A stretch of DNA of 64,000 nt from Liolophura sinensis. Taxonomy: Eukaryota. The notes beneath the pieces were generated by a model. The model was not told where the DNA came from. It worked only from the letters and a program-made list of their open reading frames with translations, and made no database searches. The stretch spans positions 60,598,969 through 60,662,968 of the forward strand of contig NC_088300.1 of NCBI RefSeq assembly GCF_032854445.1, in the 5' to 3' direction. Within the stretch, counting starts at the first letter, position 1; each line of letters opens with the position of its first letter. Shown here in pieces: positions 49,755 through 62,835 of the stretch. The translations under genes and the position numbers were made by a program.

Positions 49755-50529
49755 GTAAGTCTTTCTGTTTGTCAGTCCCCGGAGACAGATTCAGCAAAGC
49801 CAGTTTTGACATAAATCAGTCAGTTCCTGAATCATGCATTTAAGGCTTATTTGAATGTTTTTTTATACTCTAATGCATCACCTAGACTTCATCTGGGCAC
49901 AGTGTCACAAAACGGCGTACAACTTTTTTTTATCATACAATTGTCGTACGATATTTTGTGTGTCACCATTACTGTACCGTTGCCCTACATGTGGGGTTAT
50001 CGTACATGCAGGATATCTATGTGAAACGGGGTCCCGATGAGGATGGAGAGTTTGAAATATATTTGAGTCACACCAGCCCCTGATAAAGTTGGAGACCAAT
50101 ATACAGCTCTTCGTCATTACAGCACTTTCTCATTACAGCACTGTTGTTATGGGGACAAACCTGCCTGGCATGCTGTTTATGGTGCGCACTACATGATGTT
50201 CGTTTGCCACCTAAAACCTGTATGATATATAATATAGGAACAGATACAGTGACAAATGAGCGAAATATCATGGCTTTCGGTGAATAATTAGTCAAGATAG
50301 TCAAGCATCAGAGTGTAAAGAAGATACAAAATCTGGAGGCTGTGTTATACGGAATTACGTGTTTGTAATGAACTGTGTTATAATGAGAGAGGGTGTACAC
50401 GTAACTACAGTGTACTGTGCGTAGTCGTTAAGGCAAGCCAATGAGTGTTCTGTCCTCCAAGAAATTTATCGTATCATAGACACTTTTTCTGGGAGATAAT
50501 TGTCCCTGCTGTATATGTGATAGGGACAG

Positions 50530-50655
50530 TAAATCTTCAGTCTTTTCAACCCATTCGCACGTGGGAAGGTCAGCCAGGGTATCCTCCCACCATAATGCTG
50601 GCCGCCATCGTATAAGAGAAGTACAAAACGCCAATTAAATAAATCAATAACCTTT
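50530..50655 (+). mobile_element. SINE family A partial copy in a BUB3 intron
   Basis: gtgggaaggtcagccagggtatcctcccaccataatgctggccgccatcgtataagagaagtacaaaacgccaattaaataaatcaataa. Confidence 0.8.
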
Positions 50656-52714
50656 CCAACCACTAAAGCACTTTTTTCAGGGGAATTTATACATACGTTT
50701 ATTATGAAAATGACGCTGGAAATGATTTGTTTGTGTCGCTCAAGATGCAGGCTTCATAGGACTGTGCAGATTATTTCTCTACACCACATAGTTCTTTGGG
50801 AATGTTTCAGAACATTGGTGGCATAGGCATTGAAAGGGTTGAAGAATTAATATGATTAGGGTTGTTGTTGAAATACTACATTAAAGTGACAGACGGCACC
50901 TGACTAATGTTTATGTCCACTGAAAAAACTACCATTTAAAGTATCTTAAACTGGCATTAAATATTTTTCTAGATTTTTTAAGTCTAGTAAAGGTTTAGTG
51001 AAACTTTTTCTGGACACAGCCTCAGCGCGTCTCCATTATCCACAGCAAGATGACATCTCATTTACTATATGTATATCTCATTTATTATATTTGTTATAGT
51101 TAAAGCAGTAGCCTGTGGCAGATAAAAGTTGTGGATTTTGATGATGATGGACTGAGTGACAAATAGCTTTCTTGGAAATTGCAAATTGCTGGAAGCATAT
51201 TTCTTTCACTGCTTGAACTGTCATTTCACAGTGCTGTATCACAGTAGCCCATACATGTAGATGCACGGGCAGGGTATTCCTGGTGCAGATCCTGACCTCT
51301 GGAGGGGTTGTGCTGGTGATTTTAACCCCTACTAAATGTGTACAAAATTACAATAGGATTGTTGTAGAACTAGATTCATGCTTAATTCTGAAACAAATGG
51401 AAATAAATGTAAGCATAACTGAGGCTGATCTAAGCATTAGACTGTTGCAGGATTTTATGCTTCAGTTTTGAAGTGGTGGCTTCTAAGATGAGAGCAGTGC
51501 TGACCTAGTTATCGCGGATGTCAGAGAAAGTACCTCAGCTTAAACATGGCGTTTCAAGAATTTTACTGTATTTTATAAAAAGAAACAGGAAAAATTATCC
51601 CTTATATGTAAGAAAGACAAAGGAGAAAAATTTAAATTCTTCAATTCTAGTAAATATAGAGAAAAAATAATTATATCATAAGAATTCATTAATTTTAAGC
51701 ATTGTTCACTGAGATGCCTTCTTCCCATTCTCGTAAACCTTTGGCATCCCTAATGAATTTATCACTGGATCTGATGTTTGTTATTTAGGAACTGCTGACT
51801 AAGCGCTAAAATGAACGACAATAGTGTATGTGGATAATTTGAACAGCATGTCTAAGTAAGCCTAGGGTTCACTGAAGGGATCTCTGATGAATGCAGTGTG
51901 GGCCGAGATGGTATGCTGTTGTCTGACATAATTTGTGATACCGCCGTTGAATATTACACAACTTGTAAATCAACTAATTTTACTTCTGTGGTGGTCTGTA
52001 AATGATACAGACCTGGCCCACAACACTTTATGAAATAGCCCTTCCGCTACACGGAACTAAATTGCTGTAAATGATCTCAAAGTGAGTAGTCCTGTGTTGT
52101 CATGTGTCACTTCATGGAGTGAATGGGCAAATGCGGTGTCACAGTTTAGGCCCTGCAGTCTGATAGGAACGTGTTTGATTGGATAAAATTCTCGAGATAT
52201 CTTCTTCTATTCTCACCTGCCATTTGTGCAATATTGTCATTTTGTTCTATGTGTTATTCGGTGAAATCTCATTAAAATAATAAAGTATGATACTTTTTAG
52301 AAAGCTTGAGAATCCTGCTTTCGATTGAAACATGTTTTAGCCAGTTGCTGTCTTGCCCTTTAAAGCACTAATATGATTTGTACCATAAGTGAACGTTTTA
52401 TGATGTTGAGATGGGCCTACATGTATGTCACATGTATAATTGTTGAATTCATGAAAAGTTTACTCACCCAGCTAGGCTGAACTACAAACGGTGCATCAGT
52501 TTTCTTCTTGCTGTTTGTTGAAACCAAGTAAAACAGTGTGTTTAGTTGTATCTGAGTGATATTTGGATTTTGAAGTTATGTTATGCAATTCTGGACAAAT
52601 ATTTTAAATACTTGCAGGCCAGAAAATGTGCGGATTGAATCTTCTTTGTGTCAGAGAGTACTCTCTGTCATTGTCAGAGTGTTCATTAAGTTCACAGAAC
52701 TGATTAGACCATGT

Positions 52715-52865
52715 TTACCGTATGTGGGAAGGTCTGCCAGTAACCTGCGGATGGTTGTGGGTTTCCTCCCACCATAATGCTGTATACATGTAAGTGAAAT
52801 ATTCTTGAGTACGGCATAAAACACCAATCAAACAAAAGTAAATAAATAAATAGATTATGTTTAAC
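52715..52865 (+). mobile_element. SINE family A partial copy just upstream of the BUB3 last exon
   Basis: gtatgtgggaaggtctgccagtaacctgcggatggttgtgggtttcctcccaccataatgctg...cttgagtacggcataaaacaccaatcaaac. Confidence 0.8.
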
Positions 52866-52917
52866 ATTATAATACAGCATTATCTTATTTATTTTGTCTT
52901 TCTTTTTGTCCCCTCAG

Positions 52918-53077
52918 ATATCCCACTAGTATCGCCTCCCTTGCATTCAGTCAGGATGGTTCTGTGTTAGCGATTGCGTCCTGCTTCATGTATGAACAGG
53001 AAGAACCTCCAGAGGTTACTGAAGAGGCTGTGTTCATCCGGAACGTGAACGACCAGGAAACCAAACCCAAGTCATGA
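52918..53077 (+). CDS. BUB3: BUB3 terminal coding exon with stop (KYPTSIASLAFSQDGSVLAIASCFMYEQEEPPEVTEEAVFIRNVNDQETKPKS*)
   Basis: Matches human RYPTSIASLAFSNDGTTLAIASSYMYEMDDTEHPEDGIFIRQVTDAETKPKS. TGA at 53075-53077. Confidence 0.9.
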
Positions 53078-53194
53078 ACACAATGAACTCCTCTTCCTCC
53101 TTCATCATACATCATCATCGTATATAATTGTAAACTGGTGGACTTTCCAAAGGTGGATTCTAGACATATCTGGCTGTTCACATTTTTATTTATA

Positions 53195-53700
53195 CATTTA
53201 TAAAGAGCTTAAAGACAATATTGGACACACTGATTCCCTGAATAGTTGGAAGAGAGCAAATTTGGACATACTGTTTCTCTTACCAGCTGGAGAAGAGAAA
53301 ATTTGGACACACTGATTCCCTGAATAGTTGGAAGAGAGCAAACTTGGACATACTGTTTCTCTCACTAGCTGGAGAAGGGCAAATTTGGACATAATGTTTC
53401 TTTCACCAGCTGGAGAAGAGCAAATTTGGACATGCTGATTCTCTGAATAGGTGGAGAAGAGCAAATTTGGACATGCTGTTCCTCTCACTAGCTGGAGAAG
53501 AGCAAATTTGGACATGCTGTTTCTCTGAATAGGTGGAGAAGAGCAAATTTGGACATGCTGTTCCTCTCACTAGCTGGAGAAGAGCAAATTTGGACATGCT
53601 GTTTCTCTCACTAGCTGGAGAAGAGTAAATTTGGACATGCTGATTCTCTGAATAGGTGGAAAAGTGCAAATTTGGACGTGCTGTTTCTCTGAATATCTGA
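53195..53700. repeat. Tandem repeat of about 60 bp (agagcaaatttggacatgctgtttctctcactagctggagaag), about 8 copies, just 3' of BUB3
   Basis: Direct periodicity. Minus-strand ORFs 53198..53825 are artefacts. Confidence 0.85.
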
Positions 53701-53809
53701 GAAAAAAAGGGAAATACGGATATGCTGCCTTTACAGATAGCTGGGGAAATGGCTAGTGTTTCAATTTCAGTTCCATGCATTACCTGTAATATTTCATTTT
53801 CAGAGACTT

Positions 53810-53945
53810 TCACTAAAGCAGTCACTCACGTCCAGCTCATGCTGGCTTGCTCTTCACCCATGCGTGAGAAAAGCTACCTGTGGATGGTCGTGGATTTCCC
53901 CCAGTTTCTGCTCAGCGTCCTCAAACCTAGCTCTGTAGGGCTGGT
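53810..53945 (+). mobile_element. SINE family A diverged partial copy
   Basis: cactcacgtccagctcatgctggcttgctcttcacccatgcgtgag...ctgtggatggtcgtggatttcccccagtttctgctcag. Confidence 0.6.
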
Positions 53946-54879
53946 TGATGACGTATACTATCACAGCCCTGTCTTGGTCCATAAGCTTACCTTGAACACC
54001 TCTTTACTTCCCTTGCTTATATACAATTTGTCTGTCTGTACTCATAGTCAACGCAGCTATCAGTTCCAGGTAGCTGTTCCCATGTGTCATTACTAATAAA
54101 CCCACACAAGCATAAAACTATAGTGGAAACTGGATAAATTCCAACTCCCATGTTTGAATGCCTGCTCCTCACAGCCCACACAAGGGAGATAACTACTGAC
54201 ATTACTAGCAATTAGTATATTTTGTACATCTTGTTTAATCTGTTCCTTAATTGTTTGAGAATTTTTTTTTTATTCCTCAGTGTTGATTATGGGTCCCTTC
54301 TATGTCATTACTGGTGAGACTGATCCTAAACAATCAGCCAGTATGCTTGTCAAAAGGTCTAACTTGCCTAGTAGTGGCAGTGGTAATTGTATACAATGTA
54401 CATGATTCCCCTCACTGTGAGGAGTATGCATTTAAACATAGTGGTTGGAGTTAGAATTTATCCAGTTTCCACTAGTTTCATGCTTGTGTGGGTTTACCAG
54501 TGATGACACATGGAAACACCTACCTGAAACTGATTGCTGAGAAGACTATGAGAACAGACAGACACATTACTTGGCGGCCAACAGTAGTGTATTGAAGCCA
54601 GCACTCAAAGTACAGAGGTGTTCAGGGTAAGCTTATGGAACAAGGCAGGGCTGTGATAGTACACGAAATCACAGCCCTACAAAGCTACATCAAACCATAA
54701 TACTAGTCACTGTGGTACAAGTGAAATATTCTTGAGTGGCCTCTTTTTCATCTTAGTCTCATCCCTGTATTTTGTCATCACTCAAATGAGAACAGATATT
54801 TTGGACATCTAGGAACCAATCCAAAAAAACTTTACCCACCTACAAAGATACTGAGGTTTACCTTATTCCACCACAAAAA

Positions 54880-55490
54880 TGCATTTTTACCATTGTCAGA
54901 CGAAACACTGCACCACAAAAATGCATTTTTACCATCGTCAGACGAAGACTGCACCACAAAAATGCCTTTTTACCATCGTCAGACAAACACTGCACCATAA
55001 AAATGCATTTTTACCATCGTCAGACAAACACTGCACCATAAAAAATGCATTTTTACCATCGTCAGACGAAGACTGCACCACAAAAATGCATTTTTACCAT
55101 CGTCAGACAAACACTGCACCATAAAAATGCATTTTTACCATCGTCAGACAAACACTGCACCATAAAAATGCATTTTTACCATCGTCAGACGAAGACTGCA
55201 CCATAAAAATGCATTTTTACCATCGTCAGACAAACACTGCACCATAAAAATGCATTTTTACCATCGTCAGACGAAGACTGCACCATAAAAATGCATTTTT
55301 ACCATCGTCAGACGAACACTGCACCACAAAAATGCATTTTTACCATCGTCAGACGAACACTGCACCACAAAAATGCATTTTTACCATCGTCAGACGAACA
55401 CTGCACCACAGAAATGCATTTTTACCATCGTCAGACAAACACTGCACCACAAAAATGCATTTTTACCATTGTCAGACAAACACTGCAATG
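54880..55490. repeat. 41-bp tandem repeat (caaaaatgcatttttaccatcgtcagacgaacactgcacca), about 15 copies
   Basis: Direct periodicity. The + ORFs 54879..55559 are artefacts. Confidence 0.9.
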
Positions 55491-55834
55491 GCTATTCTGT
55501 CAATAAAGGAAGAAAAACAATGTAAAAAATGTCAGAAATGTTTGTTTTTATTTCTTTGAGACATTTTTACAGCCTTAAGTACTGTTTTTGATTGTTGAGC
55601 TGCATACCTAAATTTGGAATTTTTTTTCCATAACCTCGTTTACACCATCCAGTGACGATTAGACAGTTTGTATTAGTTACTACTAATTCATGTATGTTCT
55701 ACAAGCCAGGAATCACTACCACTGTTCTCACTGGTTACCAAAATCTGCAATTGATTATTGCCCCCTTGTATATAATAAATAAAACCTTAAAAATTAAAGT
55801 TTGGGGATTATCATTTTTTTAAATACATTTGACC

Positions 55835-55985
55835 ACCATGGCTTGGGTTGAGTTTTCATCAGAATCAAAAGCCAGTGGTATAGTGGTTGGAGCACTGTGA
55901 CAACCTGGGTTGAGTTATAATCAAAATCAAAAGCCAGTGGTATAGTTGTTAGAGCACTGTGACAACCTGCTTGGCTACCATGATA
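55835..55985 (+). repeat. Two tandem copies of a 65-bp tRNA-like segment (gccagtggtatagtggttggagcactgtgacaacctgggttgagtt)
   Basis: Box A-like TGGTATAGTGG and a degenerate box B GGGTTGAGTT. There is no complete cloverleaf, so this is probably a SINE head or a tRNA pseudogene. Confidence 0.45.
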
Positions 55986-56729
55986 ACATGAGCTCTACAG
56001 ACTTAAAGGTGGAGAAAACATAAAAAAACTACAAAAGTTCAGATGAAAGATTGCAAAAAGTTAGTGATAAATGTGGTCTTCAATATCTTTATTGATTTTT
56101 CTTTAAAGACAAGACACTTGAAAATATTTTTGCATGGTGGGTATTTGGGATCACCTTTCGTTGTGTATAGTCTTTGTGTAATGTTATAAATGCGGATCTA
56201 ATACATGTTTTAATAAAAATATTACCACTTGAATCTGTGTTTTTTTCAGATAAGAAATGTGTTCAACCTGGATTTTGATCATATTTATATTTTTAATATA
56301 TCCATAAATATCATTAGAATGGAGATTAAATGCATATGTTTGGATAAACAACAAATTTCCATTCAAATAAATTTATTAGACATGCACAACATTCTTACTT
56401 GGGACATGATGATGCAACGGCGATAAATACCAAAAGGTGGTCCACCATGCAAAAATATTTCCAAAGACTCTTTAAATCAAGAAAAAACATTAAAGGCCAT
56501 ATTTCCAAATAAGTTTAGAAGCTCTTTGATCAGATTTTGACATAATTTTTATGTTTTCTTCTCCTTTAGGTCTTTATCTTCCAAAGAACTTACTGCACTG
56601 TCTCAGAATTTATGATAACAAAACTGAAAATGAAGATTTAAGTCCAAACCTAAGTTTTGGAAGTTTTTACCAGACATTAAGATTAAGTCTGACTTAAATG
56701 TAAAACAAAAAAGGATCATGACCCTGTTC

Positions 56730-56870
56730 TTCTGATTTCCATGAACAGTTTCTGATTTCCATGAGCAGTTTCTGATTTCTGATTTCCATGAACAGTTTCT
56801 GATTTCCATGAACAGTTTCTGATTTCCATGAACAGTTTCTGATTTCCATGAACAGTTTCTTTTACCCTTT
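56730..56870. repeat. 20-bp tandem repeat (gtttctgatttccatgaaca), about 7 copies
   Basis: Direct periodicity. Confidence 0.8.
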
Positions 56871-56939
56871 AACATTTAACTTCCAGATTTTGCTCAGGCG
56901 ATGCAAGTAAACCAAACATTGCTTGAGCTCTAATCTGCA

Positions 56940-57012
56940 AAGACAAGCTGTCAGGGTTGGAGGTCGAATGGTAGAGTGTCTACCTTGGGGTCGGGAGACC
57001 TAGGATCAAACC
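56940..57012. mobile_element. tRNA-like SINE head fragment, family B-related, inverted
   Basis: ggttggaggtcgaatggtagagtgtctaccttggggtcgggagacctaggatcaaacccgag has a box A-like tggtagagtg. Its reverse complement gggtttgatcctagg matches the family B motif. Confidence 0.5.
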
Positions 57013-57711
57013 CGAGTCGGGTCAGATTTAAACGGCAAAGAAAACATTATAAAGTATTTATCAAAAGACCATGAAATACTGTCCACAAAAACAGTTTGAT
57101 TTCTTGTTTTTTTGGTTTTTTTTGAAATTTTTCTAACCAACTAAACTACATGTAAAACATAGGATTCCATAAGGGTCTGTTAAGACCCAGAGGGTATCAG
57201 TGACGTCACAGCAATATATTTGAATTGAAATAGTTTGTTTTAAGATCTATTTGTTGAATGCGTTCATAGCTCTTAATGAAGTGTTTCGAATGATGAAATA
57301 CTAGTATAGCAATCTATGTGTCAAGTGGCAAATAGCTGGAGTGACTTCTCCTGTCTCAGAAGGTCAGAAAAGGCCAAAGAATCCAAAGTATTAACTGCAT
57401 TTTACTAGGTCAAAAAATATTCTAAAAAAATAATCAGACTATTATCCCAGACACTGACATGTACTTTATGCTGGTGTGTTCTTTTCCATTAACAATTCAT
57501 AGGATCTGCCTTTGCAGTTGTTTTTAGTTGTTCACATCTTTACAGGATAGACCAAACCAGTAATATCACTGGTCTGAATCCCAGTACTGAATGCTCAGCA
57601 GGTCTGCTGGTCAACAGTACCAAAACAGTACATACACTTCATTTACTCAATTTATAATTGAAGAAAGAAAAAAAAACTTTCTGGAATTGTTTGCACACAT
57701 TTACAAAATAA

Positions 57712-57717
57712 TTTATT
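57712..57717 (-). promoter_or_regulatory. Candidate polyadenylation signal for DPCD (AATAAA on the minus strand)
   Basis: tttatt on the plus strand, about 110 nt downstream of the DPCD stop. Confidence 0.35.
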
Positions 57718-57825
57718 TCATGAACAGTGTACAGGTTATAAAATGAGGCCTAAAGTCACATTGAGGAACATGCGACAATTACAGTGCAATAATACAAGAG
57801 TTCATAATAAGAGTAGTTAACATCA

Positions 57826-57930
57826 TCAGCTTGGGTTACATTCAACATCGCCATCTTTACTGGCCTTTATTTTGAGTAGTTCCTCTTGAACAGATTTCTC
57901 CATAGCCAAGATCTCAGAGGGCTTTTTGTA
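57826..57930 (-). CDS. DPCD: DPCD terminal coding exon with stop (YKKPSEILAMEKSVQEELLKIKASKDGDVECNPS*)
   Basis: Matches the human DPCD C-terminus [34 protein letters not shown]. The minus-strand TGA is at 57828..57826. Confidence 0.8.
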   Translation of the reverse strand, partial: YKKPSEILAMEKSVQEELLKIKASKDGDVECNPS

Positions 57931-57989
57931 CTGAAAAAAAATGAAGAAAAAAACATTACATTTAGTAGCAAAAACGACTATAATCATAC

Positions 57990-60900
57990 AATGGTGTCAG
58001 TATACAGTGACTGGGTGGGCCACGTCATGTCTGGTGTCCTCTGCAGGGTATTCTGGTAAAACAGCAATGTAAACACAGGTGTCAGTATACAGTGACTGGG
58101 TGGGTCACGTCATGTCTGGTGTCTTCTGCAGGGTATTCTGGTAAAACAGCAATGTAAACACAGGTGTCAGTATACAGTGACTGGGGTGGGCCACGTCATG
58201 TCTGGTGTCCTCTGCAGGGTATTCTGGTAAAACACCAATGTAAACACAGGTGTCAGTATACAGTGACTGGGTGGGTCACGTCATGTCTGGTGTCTTCTGC
58301 AGGGTATTCTGGTAAAACAGCAATGTAAACACAGGTGTCAGTATACAGTGACTGGGTGGGTCACGTCATGTCTGGCGTCTTCTGCAGGGTATTCTGGTAA
58401 AACCCCACTGTAAACACAGGTGTCAGTATACAGTGACTGGGTGGGCCACGTCATGTCTGGTGTCCTCTGCAGGGTATTCTGGTAAAACAGCAATGTAAAC
58501 ACAGGTGTCAGTATACAGTGACTGGGTGGGTCACGTCATGTCTGGTGTCTTCTGCAGGGTATTCTGGTAAAACCCCACTGTAAACACAGGTGTCAGTATA
58601 CAGTGACTGGGTGGGCCACGTCATGTCTGGTGTCTTCTGCAGGGTATTCTGGTAAAACACAGGTGTCAGTATACAGTGACTGGGTGGGCCACGTCATGTC
58701 TGGTGTCTTCTGCAGGGTATTCTGGTAAAACCCCACTGTAAACACAGGTGTCAGTATACAGTGACTGGGTGGGCCATGTCATGTCTGGCATCTTCTGCAG
58801 GGTATTCTGGTAAAACACAGGTGTCACTATACAGTGACTGAGTGGGCCACGTCATGTCTGGCGTCTTCTGCAGGGTATTCTGGTAAAACCCCACTGTAAA
58901 CACAGGTGTCAGTATACAGTGACTGGGTGGGTCATGTCATGTCTGGCGTCTTCTGCAGGGTATTCTGGTAAAACACCACTGTAAACACAGGTGTCAGTAT
59001 ACAGTGACTGGGTGGGTCATGTCATGTCTGGCGTCTTCTGCAGGGTATTCTGGTAAAACACCACTGTAAACACAGGTGTCAGTATACAGTGACTGGGTGG
59101 GTCATGTCATGTCTGGCGTCTTTTGCAGGGTATTCTGGTAAAACACCACTGTAAACACAGGTGTCAGTATACAGTGGCTGGGTGGGCCACGTCATGTCTG
59201 GTGTCTTCTGCAGGGTATTCTGGTAAAACCCCACTGTAAACACAGGTGTCAGTATACAGTGACTGGGTGGGCCACATCATGTCTGGCGTCTTCTGCAGGG
59301 TATTCTGGTAAAACACAGGTGTCAGTATACAGTGACTGGGTGGGCCACATCATGTCTGGTGTCTTCTGCAGGGTATTCTGGTAAAACACCACTGTAAACA
59401 CAGGTGTCAGTATACAGTGACTGGGTGGGCCACGTCATGTCTGGCGTCTTCTGCAGGGTATTCTGGTAAAACCCCACTGTAAACACAGATGTCAGTATAC
59501 AGTGACTGGGTGGGCCACGTCATGTCTGGTGTCTTCTGCAGGGTATTCTGGTAAAACACCACTGTAAACACAGGTGTCAGTATACAGTGACTGGGTGGGC
59601 CACGTCATGTCTGGCGTCTTCTGCAGGGTATTCTGGTAAAACACCACTGTAAACACAGGTGTCAGTATACAGTGACTGGGTGGGTCATGTCATGTCTGGT
59701 GTCTTCTGCAGGGTATTCTGGTAAAACCCCACTGTAAACACAGGTGTCAGTATACAGTGACTGGGTGGGCCACGTCATGTCTGGTGTCTTCTGCAGGGTA
59801 TTCTGGTAAAACACCACTGTAAACACAGGTGTCAGTAAACAGTGACTGGGTGGGCCACGTCATGTCTGGTGTCTTCTGCAGGGTATTCTGGTAAAACACC
59901 ACTGTAAACACAGGTGGCAGTATACAGTGACTGGGTGGGTCATGTCATGTCTGGTGTCTTCTGCAGGGTATTCTGGTAAAACCCCACTGTAAACACAGGT
60001 GTCAGTATACAGTGACTGGGTGGGCCACGTCATGTCTGGCGTCTTCTGCAGGGTATTCTGGTAAAACACAGGTGTCAGTATACAGTGACTGGGTGGGCCA
60101 CGTCATGTCTGGTGTCTTCTGCAGGGTATTCTGGTAAAACACCACTGTAAACACAGGTGTCAGTAAACAGTGACTGGGTGGGCCACGTCATGTCTGGTGT
60201 CTTCTGCAGGGTATTCTGGTAAAACACCACTGTAAACACAGGTGGCAGTATACAGTGACTGGGTGGGTCATGTCATGTCTGGTGTCTTCTGCAGGGTATT
60301 CTGGTAAAACCCCACTGTAAACACAGGTGTCAGTATACAGTGACTGGGTGGGCCACGTCATGTCTGCCGTCTTCTGCAGGGTATTCTGGTAAAACACAGG
60401 TGTCAGTATACAGTGACTGGGTGGGCCACGTCATGTCTGGTGTCTTCTGCAGGGTATTCTGGTAAAACACCACTGTAAACACAGGTGTCAGTATACAGTG
60501 ACTGGGTGGGTCATGTCATGTCTGGCGTCTTCTGCAGGGTATTCTGGTAAAACACCACTGTAAACACAGGTGTCAGTATACAGTGACTGGGTGGGCCACG
60601 TCATGTCTGGTGTCTTCTGCAGGGTATTCTGGTAAAAACCCCACTGTAAACACAGGTGTCAGTATACAGTGACTGGGGTGGGCCACATCATGTCTGGTGT
60701 CCTCTGCAGGGTATTCTGGTAAAACCCCACTGTAAACACAGATGTCAGTATACAGTGACTGGGTGGGCCACGTCATGTCTGCCGTCTTCTGCAGGGTATT
60801 CTGGTAAAACACCAATGTAAACACAGGTGTCAGTATACAGTGACTGGGTGGGTCACGTCATGTCTGGTGTCTTCTGCAGGGTATTCTGGTAAAACAGCAA

Positions 60901-61400
60901 TGTAAACACAGGTGTCAGTATACAGTGACTGGGTGGGTCACGTCATGTCTGGCGTCCTCTGCAGGGTATTCTGGTAAAACACCACTGTAAACACAGGTGT
61001 CAGTATACAGTGACTGGGTGGGCCACGTCATGTCTGGTGTCTTCTGCAGGGTATTCTGGTAAAACACCAATGTAAACACAGGTGTCAGTATACAGTGACT
61101 GGGTGGGCCACGTCATGTCTGCCGTCTTCTGCAGGGTATTCTGGTAAAACACCACTGTAAACACAGGTGTCAGTATACAGTGACTGGGTGGGCCATGTCA
61201 TGCCTGGTGTCTTCTTTACGGTATCTTAGTAAGACAACACTGTAAACAAAGGTGTCTATACAGTAACTGGTTGGGCCACATCATGTCTGGTGTCTTCTGC
61301 ACAGTACTCTAGTGAGACAGCACTGAAAACACAGCTCTCAGTATAGAGTGACTGGGTGGGCCATGACATGTCTGATGTCTTCGGCAAGGTATTTTTGTGA
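57990..61400. repeat. Satellite array of about 3.2 kb with units of about 75-110 bp (gtgtcagtatacagtgactgggtgggccacgtcatgtctggtgtcttctgcagggtattctggtaaaacaccactgtaaacacag), more than 35 copies and degenerate at the 3' edge, in a DPCD intron
   Basis: Strict periodicity. Minus-strand ORFs 59860..60824 are artefacts. The core gaagacaccagacatgac...ggcccacccagtc resembles the body of SINE family B. Confidence 0.9.
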
Positions 61401-61563
61401 GACAGAACTGTAAACATATGAAAGTTGGCACATTGGTCTCCTACCAGAAGTCACCATTTTAATGAACCAAGCCTGACGATGAAAGAGAATGTAAATGCCA
61501 GGCAAACAGACTGAGTCCTCAGGCAGTATTTGGGGTCCTTGTACATGAAGAACAGCTACTTAC

Positions 61564-61666
61564 TGTAACTATGAGTGTGTTGTTGGCATATCCATGACTA
61601 AGATTCTGTTGGCTCAGAGGACACTTAGCTCTGTCCATGTCCGGTATGGAGAACTTCTTATAGTAT
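61564..61666 (-). CDS. DPCD: DPCD exon ([35 protein letters not shown])
   Basis: Matches human [35 protein letters not shown]. Donor gtaagt, acceptor gtgtttcag. Confidence 0.85.
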
Positions 61667-61799
61667 CTGAAACACGGGACAAACACAGATGGAGATGCAG
61701 ATTTCTTGCTGTATTTGAAACATGCGGACAATACAAATGGGATCACATACTAGCTAAAGACGAGTACTGTCTTTGAGCACAGTACTCAAGGTCATATTT

Positions 61800-62025
61800 G
61801 TGGATTTATCTCATTGGAGTTTTATGTTGTTTCACTTATACAACAACGGCCAAAATTATGGTGGGAGGAAATCAAACAGAGCTCAGGGAAACCCACGGCC
61901 ATCCACAGGTTGCTGAAGGAACTTCACACGTAAGACTGGAGAGGAAGCCACCATGAGCTGGACTTAAACTCACCAATGCATTGGTGAGAGGCTCCTGAGT
62001 CACTGTGCTGCGCTAGCACACTAAT
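61800..62025 (-). mobile_element. SINE family A copy in reverse orientation, in a DPCD intron
   Basis: Reverse complement of body and head: ...ggccaaaattatggtgggaggaaatc...gagctggacttaaactcaccaatgcattggtgagaggctcctgagtcactgtgctgcgctagc. Confidence 0.8.
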
Positions 62026-62222
62026 AACTATATAATATGTGCTAACAGTTTTGTCAATATTTGTTACACAAAATCCTTTTGTTGTTTTAAACAGAATACT
62101 TTAACCACTTATAAAGAAATTATTAGTTTATTTAATGTTTTTTATCAGAATGTTAACATTTAGTGCGATGTATCAAAGCAAATCAACAGTATTTCAGATA
62201 TTTCACTATCTTTCTTCTCTTA

Positions 62223-62420
<198 letters not shown>

Positions 62421-62574
62421 TTATTGCTTGTTCAGCACAAGCAGAGCCCAGCCAGATAATGGGTATGTACATGTATGTTTTACCTCATACCTAAACAACT
62501 CTTCAGACAATTGACGGTAAAGAGTCATTTGGCATGTGTATATATATATACAATATGTATGTACTTTCTTGTGG

Positions 62575-62835
62575 CAGGGCAAGTCCAATGTGCTGCTGCC
62601 AAAGAAGAATCATGCCAGACACTAGACATGACACCCCAGCAATTCACATCACACTGAAACAAGGCCAACCAGTCTAGTTTTTTTGCTTCAACTTCTCAGT
62701 GCTGCCCACCAAGCGAGGCAGCATCAAGTACCCTTTTAAAAGTCGATGACCTGACCTGGTTATTATCCAAGGTCTTTTGACTTCAAGGCAAATGTTCTAA
62801 CCACCAGGCCGCCGAAACTTCTCAGTTTAATGTAC
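62575..62835. mobile_element. SINE family B copy in a DPCD intron
   Basis: ggcaagtccaatgtgctgctgccaaagaagaatcatgccagacactagacatgacacccc...ggccaaccagtc...cagtgctgcccaccaagcgaggcagcatcaagtacc. Confidence 0.75.

Noticed and set aside
53198-53825. Minus-strand ORFs of 105-140 aa with repeated SKFALLQLVRGTACPNLLFSTYSENQHVQI
   Set aside because: They are generated by the roughly 60-bp tandem repeat downstream of BUB3.
54879-55559. Plus-strand ORFs with repeated MHFYHRQTNTAPQKC
   Set aside because: They are generated by the 41-bp tandem repeat.
59860-60824. Minus-strand ORFs with repeated peptides such as MFYQNTLQKTPDMTWPTQSLYTDTCVYSGVLPEYPAEDTRHDMTHPVTVY
   Set aside because: They are periodic artefacts of the 3.2 kb satellite in the DPCD intron and have no start or stop context.
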